The notes beneath the pieces were generated by a model. It searched no databases. It was not told where the DNA came from and worked only from the letters and a program-made list of their open reading frames with translations. The position numbers were made by a program, and so were the translations under genes. Of a stretch of DNA of 64,000 nt, positions 36,425 to 46,022 are shown one piece after another. Within the stretch, counting starts at the first letter, position 1. Every line of letters begins with the position of its first letter. Source of the DNA: Limnohabitans sp. (GTDB lineage: Bacteria > Pseudomonadota > Gammaproteobacteria > Burkholderiales > Burkholderiaceae_C); the NCBI GenBank assembly GCA_030158125.1, contig JAOATL010000001.1, forward strand, positions 206-64,205. Reading direction: 5' to 3'.

Positions 36425-37915
36425 TCAATGTGCATCCATTTGTTTTGCCGCCTCTACGGCATCACGCGTATCGCCCCTCGCACCGTTGAAGAAAAGATTC
36501 AACAACACGGCACTGATAGAAGCCAACAAGATACCCGACTCAATCAGAGGGTGCAAGCTGTGCGGCATCCATTGTTTGAAGTTGGGAGCGATCAGGGGAA
36601 TCATGCCAATGCCAATCGAGATGGCGACGATCATGGCATTGAATGAGTTGTTCTTGAAGTCGACGTTGCTCAAAATACGAATACCCGTGGCAGCGACCAT
36701 GCCAAACATCACCAGCCCGGCCCCCCCCAACACCACTGTGGGCAAGGACTCAATCAGGGCGGCCATTTTAGGCAGCAAACCCAGCGCCACCAAAATCAAA
36801 CCACCTGCCACACAGACAAAACGGCTCTTCACGCCGGTGACCGCAACCAAGCCCACGTTTTGCGAGAAACTGGTGTAGGGAAACGTGTTGAAAATACCGC
36901 CAATGAGCGTACCCAACCCGTCTGTGCGCAAACCTCTGGTCAAGGCATCTTGATCGACTTTTTTATCGGTCATTTCACCCAATGCCAAAAACATGCCGGT
37001 GGATTCGATCATCACCACGATCATGACCAAGGTCATGGTCAAAATGAGCACAGGTTCAAACACGGGCATACCGAAGTGGAAAGGTAAGACCACGTCAAAC
37101 CAAGCCGCTTTGCTCACCTTGTCAAAGTTCATCAAACCCATTGCCGTGGCCACCACACCACCAATCACAATGCCTAAAAGAACCGAAATGTTGGCGATGA
37201 AGCCTTTGGCAAATTTTGAGATGAGCATGATGGACAACAACACCAAGCCTGCAATGCCCACACCCGTCAGATCTGCATATTTTGGATTGGGCATCTTGGG
37301 CAACAATGCCAGATCTTTGGGCACAGCAGGCAAGGTTGAACCGGGAGCGCTGGCTGCTGCAGCTGCTGCGTCCAACCATTGCTTGTGCTCAGGATTGACG
37401 ATGCTGGGAGCCGTGGGGCCAACGGGATTGCCAAAAATCCAATTGATGCCAATGCGCATCAAACTGATACCAATCACGGCAATGATGGTGCCGGTCACGA
37501 CAGGTGGGAAAAACCGCAACATGCGGCTCACCACAGGCGCAATGAGAATCGAAATCACACCGGCACCAATGATAGAACCAAAGATCAACTGTGCGCCCAT
37601 TGGCCCCGGATTGGCATTGGCCATGGCCACCATGGGGGCCACAGAGGCAAAGGTGACCCCCATCATCACTGGCAATCGAATGCCAAACCACTGGGTGGCA
37701 CCCAGTGATTGAATCAGCGTGACCAAGCCGCAGCAAAACAGGTCGGCCGAAATAAGATAAGCCACATCTTGCGGACTGAGCTTGAGCGCGCGGCCCACGA
37801 TCAGGGGCACCGCCACGGCACCCGCGTACATCACCAACACGTGCTGCAAACCTAGCGCAGCAAGTTTGCCTGATGGTAGTTTTTCATCGACAGGATGATT
37901 GGACAAGTCACTCAT
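36425..37915 (-). CDS. NCS2 nucleobase:cation symporter (xanthine/urate type)
   Basis: GLQHVLVMY, RLPVMMG.TF, ESTG, FSQNVGL...TGV.SR signature. Confidence 0.94.
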   Translation of the reverse strand: MSDLSNHPVDEKLPSGKLAALGLQHVLVMYAGAVAVPLIVGRALKLSPQDVAYLISADLFCCGLVTLIQSLGATQWFGIRLPVMMGVTFASVAPMVAMANANPGPMGAQLIFGSIIGAGVISILIAPVVSRMLRFFPPVVTGTIIAVIGISLMRIGINWIFGNPVGPTAPSIVNPEHKQWLDAAAAAASAPGSTLPAVPKDLALLPKMPNPKYADLTGVGIAGLVLLSIMLISKFAKGFIANISVLLGIVIGGVVATAMGLMNFDKVSKAAWFDVVLPFHFGMPVFEPVLILTMTLVMIVVMIESTGMFLALGEMTDKKVDQDALTRGLRTDGLGTLIGGIFNTFPYTSFSQNVGLVAVTGVKSRFVCVAGGLILVALGLLPKMAALIESLPTVVLGGAGLVMFGMVAATGIRILSNVDFKNNSFNAMIVAISIGIGMIPLIAPNFKQWMPHSLHPLIESGILLASISAVLLNLFFNGARGDTRDAVEAAKQMDAH

Positions 37916-37980
37916 TTTTTTCTCCCACTTTGAAGGTCTTGAGCTTGGGTGATCAAACAATCACCTCTAATTGCACACCG

Positions 37981-37994
37981 AACTGTATACAATT
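37981..37994. promoter_or_regulatory. Palindrome AACTGTATACAATT, GntR-type operator candidate for the permease
   Basis: TGTATACA core about 70 bp upstream of the permease start. Confidence 0.5.
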
Positions 37995-38056
37995 TAAACC
38001 AAGCGAAGTCTATGGAAAACCCTAGTTGAATGCACAGATTTGACGCTCGGACAATG

Positions 38057-38305
38057 TTATTTGGTCAAAATCAGTTTACCCAATCGGGTCGTTTGTAGCC
38101 TGTAGATCGCCCCATCGTGCTCAACAAGCACAAGGTTTTGTGACTGGAGCAGATCACGACTCTGAATCAGCCAGTGGGCGCCTTGCTTGATGACAGTCAG
38201 AGTACGTGCATCCTGAACTGTTGCATCTTTTTGCTTGAAGGATGAAGACAAGGTGTTGTCAGCTGGCAGTGCACGGACGCTTGAACGCTTGGTCGTATTT
38301 GACAT
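38057..38305 (-). CDS. hemP: Hemin uptake protein HemP/HmuP
   Basis: C-terminal I.S..LL......V.H.G..YRL..TR.GKLILTK signature. Confidence 0.9.
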   Translation of the reverse strand: MSNTTKRSSVRALPADNTLSSSFKQKDATVQDARTLTVIKQGAHWLIQSRDLLQSQNLVLVEHDGAIYRLQTTRLGKLILTK

Positions 38306-38326
38306 GGGCCATCTCTGTGGACTGAT

Positions 38327-38971
38327 TCACGCATTCAGTACGAAGCGAACAGGCACGTTGAACCACATCGCCTCGGCAACGCCCATGCGCCGACCCGGAA
38401 CAAAACGCCAGTTTCGAACGGCATCCAAAGCCGCTTGGTCCAAGCGTTCGAAACCACTGCTTTTGATCACTTCTGCCTGACCAGCAAGACCCTCAGGCGT
38501 AATGAGCACTCGCACAATCACAGTCCCCTGCTCTGCCAATCGTTTACTCATCCGGGGATAAATGGGCGCAGGATTGTTCAAATAATCAGCCTCAGCAGAC
38601 GGCAATTCGAGGCGAGTAGGTCTAGGACCAAGTGGCGAACCACTCGTCACAGAAGGGGCGGCAACAGACGCACTGACAACAAAATTGACAGGGCCAGCAG
38701 CAATGGCCTCCGATGCGGGTTTGGGTTGGTTGGGTGTCACGGCTTGGGTGGTCGTTGGCGCCTTCAGCGCTTGCTCTGCCGCAGATGCAAATGTGGCAAC
38801 AGGGGCGACAGGGGCAAAGGTGTGTGTATCGGCACTGAGCAAAGTCACTGCAATACTTGCCTTCGCAGGACGGATCCATTGCGGCGATTGGAATTGCGAC
38901 ACCGCCCACAACAGCGCAAGGTGCAGCAACAACACGCCCAACTTTGCATGCCAGTTGTGGGGGCCTTTCAT
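38327..38971 (-). CDS. tonB: TonB energy transducer
   Basis: TM anchor LLLHLA, Pro/Ala-rich linker, YL.NP.P.YP..S....EQG.V...V, SSGF.RLD.AA..AV..WRF.P. Confidence 0.92.
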   Translation of the reverse strand: MKGPHNWHAKLGVLLLHLALLWAVSQFQSPQWIRPAKASIAVTLLSADTHTFAPVAPVATFASAAEQALKAPTTTQAVTPNQPKPASEAIAAGPVNFVVSASVAAPSVTSGSPLGPRPTRLELPSAEADYLNNPAPIYPRMSKRLAEQGTVIVRVLITPEGLAGQAEVIKSSGFERLDQAALDAVRNWRFVPGRRMGVAEAMWFNVPVRFVLNA

Positions 38972-39654
38972 GTGCTGGCCCATTGCCGCAAAAGGTTGTG
39001 ATACACACCGGTCAAGGCCGTCGTCTCTGGTGTCTCGCCGTGCTTGTCACGTAGCTTTAACAAGTTCATGTCCAAGTCAAACAACAAACGTCTTTGTTCG
39101 TCTGAACGAACCATGCTTTCGATCCAGAAAAATGAGGCAATGCGAACGCCTCTGGTCACAGGGGTCACTTGATGCACACTGGTACTTGGATAAATCACCG
39201 CATCGCCTGCTGCAAACTTCACACCTCTGCTGCCATAGGTATCTTGAACCAACAACTCGCCGCCGTCATAGCTGGCAGGATCCGCCAGGAAAACAGTGCA
39301 CGACACATCCGAGCGCAGCCAGTCCCCTGTCGCGGGAATTTTCAAAACAGCACCGTCAACATGGGGGCCATAAAAGTTGCAGTCACCCCCATAACGATTG
39401 AACAGAGGGGGCAAAATTCGCAGCGGCAACGTGGCCGTGAAAAACAATGAATCTTGATTCAGGGCTTGCAAAATCAAGCGCTGTAGTTGCTGAGATTGAG
39501 CGCTGCTTTGTGCCAGTTGATGGTTATTTTTTTGCGTTGCAGCTTGTGAGCCTGCGCTGCGATGGCCTGCCAACCAGGGGGCGTCGTCAGACAACAAACT
39601 TTGGGCCAACGTCACTTGCTCGGCATTCAGAACTTTGGGGAGATGCAACAACAT
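38968..39654 (-). CDS. piuC: PKHD-type Fe(II)/2OG hydroxylase (PiuC/YbiX)
   Basis: PPLFNRY, HVD, RSD.S.T.FL, YDGGEL, YPSTS.H.V.PVTRG.R. Confidence 0.93.
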   Translation of the reverse strand: MLLHLPKVLNAEQVTLAQSLLSDDAPWLAGHRSAGSQAATQKNNHQLAQSSAQSQQLQRLILQALNQDSLFFTATLPLRILPPLFNRYGGDCNFYGPHVDGAVLKIPATGDWLRSDVSCTVFLADPASYDGGELLVQDTYGSRGVKFAAGDAVIYPSTSVHQVTPVTRGVRIASFFWIESMVRSDEQRRLLFDLDMNLLKLRDKHGETPETTALTGVYHNLLRQWAST

Positions 39655-39666
39655 GTTTCATTGACC

Positions 39667-41901
39667 TTATATAAACTTCTTCAAACTCAACTCCATGCGG
39701 CGACTTGCGCCGGGAATGTAAAAACCCCGGTAGAGTTGATCGATATAAAGTTTGTTGCTTAAATTGGAAACATTGAGTTTGACCAAGGCAGTGTCGTTCA
39801 AGGTGTGCTCCAACATCACATCGGCGGTGGTAAACGCCTGCGCCGTCAATGTGCGTTGCCCGTCTGGGTTTTGTGCGCCGCGATGATTGAGACCGCCACC
39901 AACGCGCCATTGGGAATTGATCTGGTACGTGCTCCACAAGCTGGCACTGTGATGCGGCGTTAAGCCAGGCCGATCGCCCTGCACTTGTGCGCCAGCACCA
40001 GTAGCGCTGAGCTTCTGACTACTGGTGTCGATCCGTGCATTGGGAATCCAAGTGTGGTTGTAGAAAACGTCCCAAGCAGCCGTCAAATGTCCAGCCAAAT
40101 TGAACTCCATGCCCGCGGCATGGCGCTTTCCTGACAGCAAAAACTGATTGCCCACACTGTCCACATCTGTGTTTCTTTCGTTGAACTTTTCTGAGCGAAA
40201 CACCGACACACCCAACAAGGCTTTGCGATTCCAAATGTCCCATTTGGCACCCACTTCCACATTGCGACTTTTCTCCGGTGGTGTGTTGGCCAAAGTGGCT
40301 TGCGCCCCTGTCAGGCCCAAATTGACAGCGTATTGGTAGGTATCGGCAGATGTGTTGTAAGAGGTGCCATAGGACAAGTAATAACTTGACCGATCGTTGG
40401 GCTGCCAGACGGCACCCAGGCGTGGACTCCACAGCGACTCTGCCATCAAAAACTCCCGCTGCTGCGCGTCTACATAGGCTGCTTCAAAACGATCCCACCG
40501 AAGCCCACCGATCAATTTCCAATCGGCAGACACGGCCATGCTGTCTTGCGCGTACATCCCCAGGGTATGCGATTTGAAATGGTTCATAGGAATCGCGCGG
40601 TTCGTTGCGATCGAAGCACCGTCGTTGGGTGCGCCCACGGTAGTGCTCATTGACGCCAAGGAGGTTAAACCTGCTGTTGCTGAGTTATTTCGATTGGCAG
40701 ATTCAGAAAAATAATCGAGCCCAGCCAACAACTCATGCTGGCGCCCCAGCGCTTTGAACTTTGTCGCGTAATCACTCTGAACTTGCGTCACCGTGCTGTT
40801 ACCGTGGCGGGATTTCGAGGCGATTCGCCTGATGACCGTCGAATCAGTCAGATTGCCTAAAGTGGTACCACTGGCCCATCCAACTTGGGTTCCCAGTAAA
40901 TTTCGTTCGTATTGGCCATGACGAATGTGGGTTGTGAGTTCTGAGTCGGCATCCAAACGGTATTTGTGTGACAAGGTCACACGTTGTGTTTCAGTGTGCA
41001 AATAGTCGCTTGCCAAACCGTAAAATGCATTGGCCTTCAACTGCGGCAACACAGTGGCCGGCCCTGATGCCGCGCTCAATAACCACGGATGGCTGTAGAG
41101 TGGCCGCCCATCGGACTCAAACTGATACACACTGATGCTGTATTCATCGCGTTCACCAATTTGCCATCGGTAATTCAAAGCAAGGCCGCCTTGTCTTTGT
41201 TCCGCCCCCCAGTTGTCGGCAGTTTGCAGTACGCCTGTCATTCGAAGCGCAGAGGAATCGCCTGTTTGCAAATTGAAATCAGCAGCGATGCGTTGCAACT
41301 GGCCACTGCCCAGCGTGACATTCACCTCGCTTTGGTCCATTAAAAAAGCTTGTTTGGAAACCTGATTCACAACGCCGCCTGTCGATCCTTTGCCAAAGAG
41401 CATGGAGGCAGAACCTTTCAAAACCTCTACACGGTCCACATTGAACATGTTGCGCTCAACCAAAGGCGCATCTTTTAAACCGTCGACATAAATATCCCCA
41501 GCTTGCGCCAATGAAAAACCACGCATACGGACATCTTCTTCACCGGTTTCCCCAGCTTGGAACGTCACACCCGCGGTGATTTTCATCACTTCCCTAAAAT
41601 CATCTAAGTTGCGGTCGTCCATTAATTTTTCTGTCAGCACTGTCACAGTTTGGGGAATGTCTTTCAAAGACTGTTGCCCCTTTGCAATGCCCGATTGCTT
41701 CACCAACAAATTGTCTTTTGCCGAGATTGGTGATTCCAAAAGGTCTTTCACGACGACAGTTTTCAAAGTCAGCTCTTTGTTAAACGGCGTCTCTTGAGTT
41801 TCAGCTTGAACCGTCAAGGATCCGGCCATGAGCATGGCGGCCAATGGCAGCAGTGGGCCCGTATTGGAAAAAACAGATGAATGTCGCTCGCATGAATGCA
41901 T
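39667..41901 (-). CDS. TonB-dependent siderophore receptor (Fiu/PiuA-like)
   Basis: KDIPQTVTVL, RGF, VEVLKG.ASMLFG.GS.GGVVN.VSK plug motifs; N..NK.Y C-terminal motif. Confidence 0.93.
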   Translation of the reverse strand: MHSCERHSSVFSNTGPLLPLAAMLMAGSLTVQAETQETPFNKELTLKTVVVKDLLESPISAKDNLLVKQSGIAKGQQSLKDIPQTVTVLTEKLMDDRNLDDFREVMKITAGVTFQAGETGEEDVRMRGFSLAQAGDIYVDGLKDAPLVERNMFNVDRVEVLKGSASMLFGKGSTGGVVNQVSKQAFLMDQSEVNVTLGSGQLQRIAADFNLQTGDSSALRMTGVLQTADNWGAEQRQGGLALNYRWQIGERDEYSISVYQFESDGRPLYSHPWLLSAASGPATVLPQLKANAFYGLASDYLHTETQRVTLSHKYRLDADSELTTHIRHGQYERNLLGTQVGWASGTTLGNLTDSTVIRRIASKSRHGNSTVTQVQSDYATKFKALGRQHELLAGLDYFSESANRNNSATAGLTSLASMSTTVGAPNDGASIATNRAIPMNHFKSHTLGMYAQDSMAVSADWKLIGGLRWDRFEAAYVDAQQREFLMAESLWSPRLGAVWQPNDRSSYYLSYGTSYNTSADTYQYAVNLGLTGAQATLANTPPEKSRNVEVGAKWDIWNRKALLGVSVFRSEKFNERNTDVDSVGNQFLLSGKRHAAGMEFNLAGHLTAAWDVFYNHTWIPNARIDTSSQKLSATGAGAQVQGDRPGLTPHHSASLWSTYQINSQWRVGGGLNHRGAQNPDGQRTLTAQAFTTADVMLEHTLNDTALVKLNVSNLSNKLYIDQLYRGFYIPGASRRMELSLKKFI

Positions 41902-42031
41902 GATGTAGCCTCAGAAGAATGATGTTGAACGACCAGATGGTCGAAATTTCAATCGCTGGCTATCACCGTTTGAGGCGAATGGCTGGCTGAACAATGCCCG
42001 CGCAACACAGGTGCACGGCAAGTGTTGTGGT

Positions 42032-43108
42032 TTACCGGAATCCCACACGGTCCAGCATTTGCTGCACCTTGATTTGATTCATGCCCACTGCACTGATGGG
42101 TAACACTTCGCTTTTAAAGTTGCCCCCCGACATCGCTTTTAATGCGGCGTTGTCAAAACTCACGCCTTTGGCTGCTGGCCACTCGTTGTTGCCATTCGCA
42201 AAATGATTTTGTGCAGATGCACTGGCCAAGTACTCCAAGAACCTCACGGCGTTGTCTGTGTGCTTTGAATGCCTTGCAACAGCACCCCCCGCGATGTTCA
42301 GATGAGTGCCCCAAGTGCCCTGATTTGGGAACACCACCCCCACCTTTTCAATCGTCGCCTTGTCAGCCGGATTGGCCGAACGCATCATCCGAGCCAAGTA
42401 ATAGGAGTTGGTGACAGCGACGCCACATTCACCAGAGGCCACCCCCTTAATTTGATCCGTGTCACCCCCCGTTGGATTGCGGGCCATATTGGCCACCAAG
42501 CCTTTTAACCATGCTTCGGTTGCTTGCGGTCCGAGATGTTCAGTCATGGCGCCAAACAGACTCAGGTTGTACGGATGTGAGCCCGACCGAATGCACAACT
42601 TGCCTTTGAACTGTGCATCGGCCAATTTTTCATAGGTGTCGACATCCGACTTCTTGAATTTCAATTTATCGAAAACAATGACGCGCGCCCGAGTCGACAA
42701 ACCAAACCAGGCAATGCCTCCGGTGTCCGACCGCTTGGCTCTGAGATTCTCAGGAATGGCGGCTTCCAAAGTTTTGGATTTGATCGGCAAAAACAAGCCA
42801 TCGACCTCTGCTCGCCACAATCGCGCTGCATCGACCAACAAGATCACATCGGCAGGCGACGCTGTACCTTCAGCTTTCAGACGGTTCAAAATTCCGGCAT
42901 CGTCGGCATCGACACGGTTGATTTTGATTCCTGTACTTTTGGTGAAATCACTGTACAAGGCTTCATCGGTAGGATAGTGACGCGCTGAGTAAATGTTCAG
43001 GCTTGTCATGGGCGCCTGCGCATGGGCGCTGTGCATGACAACACCCATGCCTGCCAAGCCCAGCAGTGCGTATTTGGTAAGACCTTGGTGAATGGATCGG
43101 CTGCTCAT
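42032..43108 (-). CDS. fbpA: Fe(III) ABC substrate-binding protein (FbpA/FutA)
   Basis: LNIYSARHY, SPADV.L.VDAARL, W.GLSTRARV, RSGSHPYN, NSYY tyrosine pair, H.NIAG, N.EWP. Confidence 0.93.
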   Translation of the reverse strand: MSSRSIHQGLTKYALLGLAGMGVVMHSAHAQAPMTSLNIYSARHYPTDEALYSDFTKSTGIKINRVDADDAGILNRLKAEGTASPADVILLVDAARLWRAEVDGLFLPIKSKTLEAAIPENLRAKRSDTGGIAWFGLSTRARVIVFDKLKFKKSDVDTYEKLADAQFKGKLCIRSGSHPYNLSLFGAMTEHLGPQATEAWLKGLVANMARNPTGGDTDQIKGVASGECGVAVTNSYYLARMMRSANPADKATIEKVGVVFPNQGTWGTHLNIAGGAVARHSKHTDNAVRFLEYLASASAQNHFANGNNEWPAAKGVSFDNAALKAMSGGNFKSEVLPISAVGMNQIKVQQMLDRVGFR

Positions 43109-43149
43109 TTGAACCTCGCTGATTGGTTGAATGAGCAAATTCTACATCA

Positions 43150-43190
43150 AATAAGAATGATTCGCATTTGCAAATGGAAAATTATTCTCA
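43150..43190. promoter_or_regulatory. Two tandem Fur-box-like sites upstream of fbpA
   Basis: AATAAGAATGATTCGCATT (43150-68) and AAATGGAAATTATTCTCAG (43172-90) fit the AATGAGAATNATTCTCATT-type Fur motif. Confidence 0.8.
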
Positions 43191-43201
43191 GATCCAGGGT
43201 C

Positions 43202-44272
43202 TCATGCCCCGACTTGCTTGAAGGTCACCACGTGATCAACCTCAACGCGAATACCTATCCATTCACCCAATGTGTGATCGTGGTGGCTGGGTACATGTGC
43301 CAACACCATGTCACCCGACGCCAAGCGCAATGTGTACAAAAATTCCGATCCCCGAAAAGCTTTTCGCACAATTTGAGCTTTGACAGAAGCGGCATCGTCA
43401 TGAACGATGTCATCGGCCCGAAGCAGCACGTCGCAAGCACTTTCAAAGGGTGTCGGAATGTCGGCGGGGTTGATCTCGTCAGTCAACAATCCCAAAATGG
43501 TTTGCACTTCTACACGGCCATTCACCAACGAACGTTGCCCAGGTACGAAAACACCATGGCCAATGAACTCGGCCACAAAGCGCGATTCGGGCCGATGGTA
43601 CAAATGATAGGCATCGTCCCACTGCGCAAGGTGCCCGTCTTGCATGACACCAATGACATCACCAATGGCGAACGCCTCCATTTGGTCGTGCGTGACAAAC
43701 AGTGCTGTGGCATTGGCAGCCTTCAAAATGCCTCTAATTTCCAAAGCAAGGCGCTCACGCAAATCGACGTCAAGGTTAGAAAATGGTTCATCTAAGAGTA
43801 ACAATTCAGGCTTTGGTGCCAATGCACGTGCCAGCGCAACACGTTGTTGCTGCCCTCCCGATAGCTCATGCGGGTATCGATCTTGTACGGTTTCAAGTCC
43901 AACCAAATTCAGCACTTCTTGGATGCGCACAGATTTGTGAGCTGCACTCTGACCATGCAAACCAAACGCAATATTGCCAGCCACCGTGAGATGTGGGAAC
44001 AGGGCGTAATCTTGAAAAACCATGCCCATTCGACGGTTTTCCGGGGCTGCCGTCACACCCGGTTGACTGACCACCCGATCGGACAACTGAACATGCCCAG
44101 CCGTCACGGGTTCAAGCCCTGCAATGGCGCGTAACAAACTGGTTTTGCCACAACCGGAGGGACCAATGAGCACCCCGATCTGTCCGGCTTGTAGGGTCAA
44201 CGATACGCCCTGCACGGCCGGCATATCTTGGCCAGCATAACGGACGTCAACTTGATGAAGGGTCAAAAACAT
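43202..44272 (-). CDS. fbpC: Fe(III) ABC ATPase
   Basis: GPSGCGKTS, LSGGQQQR, LLLDEPF, VTHD. Confidence 0.9.
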   Translation of the reverse strand: MFLTLHQVDVRYAGQDMPAVQGVSLTLQAGQIGVLIGPSGCGKTSLLRAIAGLEPVTAGHVQLSDRVVSQPGVTAAPENRRMGMVFQDYALFPHLTVAGNIAFGLHGQSAAHKSVRIQEVLNLVGLETVQDRYPHELSGGQQQRVALARALAPKPELLLLDEPFSNLDVDLRERLALEIRGILKAANATALFVTHDQMEAFAIGDVIGVMQDGHLAQWDDAYHLYHRPESRFVAEFIGHGVFVPGQRSLVNGRVEVQTILGLLTDEINPADIPTPFESACDVLLRADDIVHDDAASVKAQIVRKAFRGSEFLYTLRLASGDMVLAHVPSHHDHTLGEWIGIRVEVDHVVTFKQVGA

Positions 44273-44396
44273 AATGCAGATTGTAAGGACAGCCAGCTCG
44301 GTTGGCATTCAAGTGGGCCCCAACCTCCTTACAATTCCAAGGACGCTGAGGCCTTCATGCCGCAGCAACGCCAAAGCCTTCACCTTGGATACCCCC

Positions 44397-46022
44397 ATGC
44401 CCGCTCTCCGAATTCGTTCGGTCTTGTTTAGCCTGATGGCCCTGATCATTTGTCTACCGGTTGTCGCCTTGATCAGCGCATGGTTGGAATGGAATGCGGC
44501 GTCAGCACAAGTCCTGCGGGACATGCTGGACACCGTGCTGCCGGACTATGCCATCACCAGTTTGTTGCTTTGCATGGGTGTTGCCTTGGGCGTCACTGTC
44601 TTGGGAACCAGTACCGCAGCGGCTGTCACCTTGTTCAGATTTCCAGGGCAGGCCTTCTTTGAATGGGCCTTGCTGTTGCCCATGGCCATCCCAGCCTATG
44701 TGGTGGCCTATGCATACACAGACTTCTTGCAATTCAGTGGGCCCCTGCAGAACTTCATTCGCAGCCAAACGGGCCTCGAAGGTCGTGTGCTGCCAGAAGT
44801 CAGAAGTTTGGGCGGTGCAATCTTGGTATTTTCACTGGCCTTGTACCCGTATGTGTATTTATTGGCGCGCACCGCATTCAGCGAGCGCGCCCCCCAATTG
44901 ATGGAAGCCGCGCGCATGTTGGGTGCGCCCCTTCAAAGGCGGATATTGGAAGTGGCCATCCCCTTGGCAAGGCCGGCTGTGGCCGCAGGTGTCGCGCTGG
45001 CCCTCATGGAGACGTTGGCGGACTTTGGTGTTTCAAGCTACTTTGGCATTCAAACATTCACAGCGGGCATCTACAAAGCTTGGCTGGTCATGGACAACCG
45101 CATTGCAGCTGCGCAATTGGCGAGCGTGCTTTTGGGTACCGTGCTGCTCTTGCTGCAAGTCGAAAAAATGGCGCAATCACGCATGCGATTTGCCAGCTTG
45201 CGCTCGGGCATCGCGTCGTCGGCCGATGCCCAGCCCACCACTTTGACAAGACTTTCAGGACTGACCATGACCACGTGGTGCGCCCTGCCCTTGATCTTGG
45301 GTTTTGTGCTGCCTGTGATTTTGATGCTCAGACCCTTGCTGTCCTCTGAAGTAGAAGTGCCATGGGGCCGATTCATTGACTGGGCTTTCAACAGCCTGCG
45401 GTTGGGTGCCATCACAGCCGTGTTGGCCGTGATGGTGTCATTGCTACTGTCGTTCAGTTTGAGGCGCCAAGAAGATGTGTTCACGCGCACAGCGACCTCA
45501 CTGATTGGCTTGGGGTATGCCGTTCCCGGCGCTGTGGTGGTTGTGGGGCTGCTGTTGCCTGTCACATGGTTACAGCTTCACTGGCCAGAAACGCAATTGG
45601 GTTTTTGGCTAACCGCCACAAGTTTGGGATTGGTATGGGCGTACTTGGTTCGCTTTTGCGCGGTTGCTCTGCAATCGGTTCAAAGTGGCTACGCGCGCAT
45701 ACCCAAAAGCCTTGACGACTCATCGCGCATGCTGGGTATCTCTGGTTTGAAATTACTGACGCAGGTCCATGCACCGCTGTTAAAGCGGTCCATTTTTGCA
45801 GCCACATTGCTGGTCTTTGTGGATGTGATGAAAGAATTGCCCGCGACATTGGTTTTGCGCCCCTTCAACACTGACACCTTGGCTGTGATGGCTTACCAAT
45901 TGGCAAGAGACGAGCGATTGAGTGAAGCCGCGCTACCCAGTCTGGCCCTGGTATGTGTGGGACTGTTGCCTGTGATCCTGCTTAGCCGGGCCATGCGCAA
46001 AAAGCCACCTACGAAGGCTTGA
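44397..46022 (+). CDS. fbpB: Fe(III) ABC permease
   Basis: PLA.P.YV.AYAYTDFL.F.GP.Q, YPYVY..AR, EAAR.LG, KELPATL.LRPFN. Confidence 0.92.
   Translation: MPALRIRSVLFSLMALIICLPVVALISAWLEWNAASAQVLRDMLDTVLPDYAITSLLLCMGVALGVTVLGTSTAAAVTLFRFPGQAFFEWALLLPMAIPAYVVAYAYTDFLQFSGPLQNFIRSQTGLEGRVLPEVRSLGGAILVFSLALYPYVYLLARTAFSERAPQLMEAARMLGAPLQRRILEVAIPLARPAVAAGVALALMETLADFGVSSYFGIQTFTAGIYKAWLVMDNRIAAAQLASVLLGTVLLLLQVEKMAQSRMRFASLRSGIASSADAQPTTLTRLSGLTMTTWCALPLILGFVLPVILMLRPLLSSEVEVPWGRFIDWAFNSLRLGAITAVLAVMVSLLLSFSLRRQEDVFTRTATSLIGLGYAVPGAVVVVGLLLPVTWLQLHWPETQLGFWLTATSLGLVWAYLVRFCAVALQSVQSGYARIPKSLDDSSRMLGISGLKLLTQVHAPLLKRSIFAATLLVFVDVMKELPATLVLRPFNTDTLAVMAYQLARDERLSEAALPSLALVCVGLLPVILLSRAMRKKPPTKA

Noticed and set aside
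36993-37712. 239-aa plus-strand ORF
   Set aside because: Antisense shadow of the NCS2 permease.
38685-39401. 238-aa plus-strand ORF
   Set aside because: Antisense to tonB and piuC; low-complexity composition with no domain motif.
41902-42031. Cobalamin or other riboswitch upstream of the TonB-dependent receptor
   Set aside because: No B12-box or other conserved riboswitch elements recognisable; an Rfam scan would settle it.
43022-43795. 257-aa plus-strand ORF
   Set aside because: Antisense shadow of fbpC that also spans the Fur-boxed promoter.
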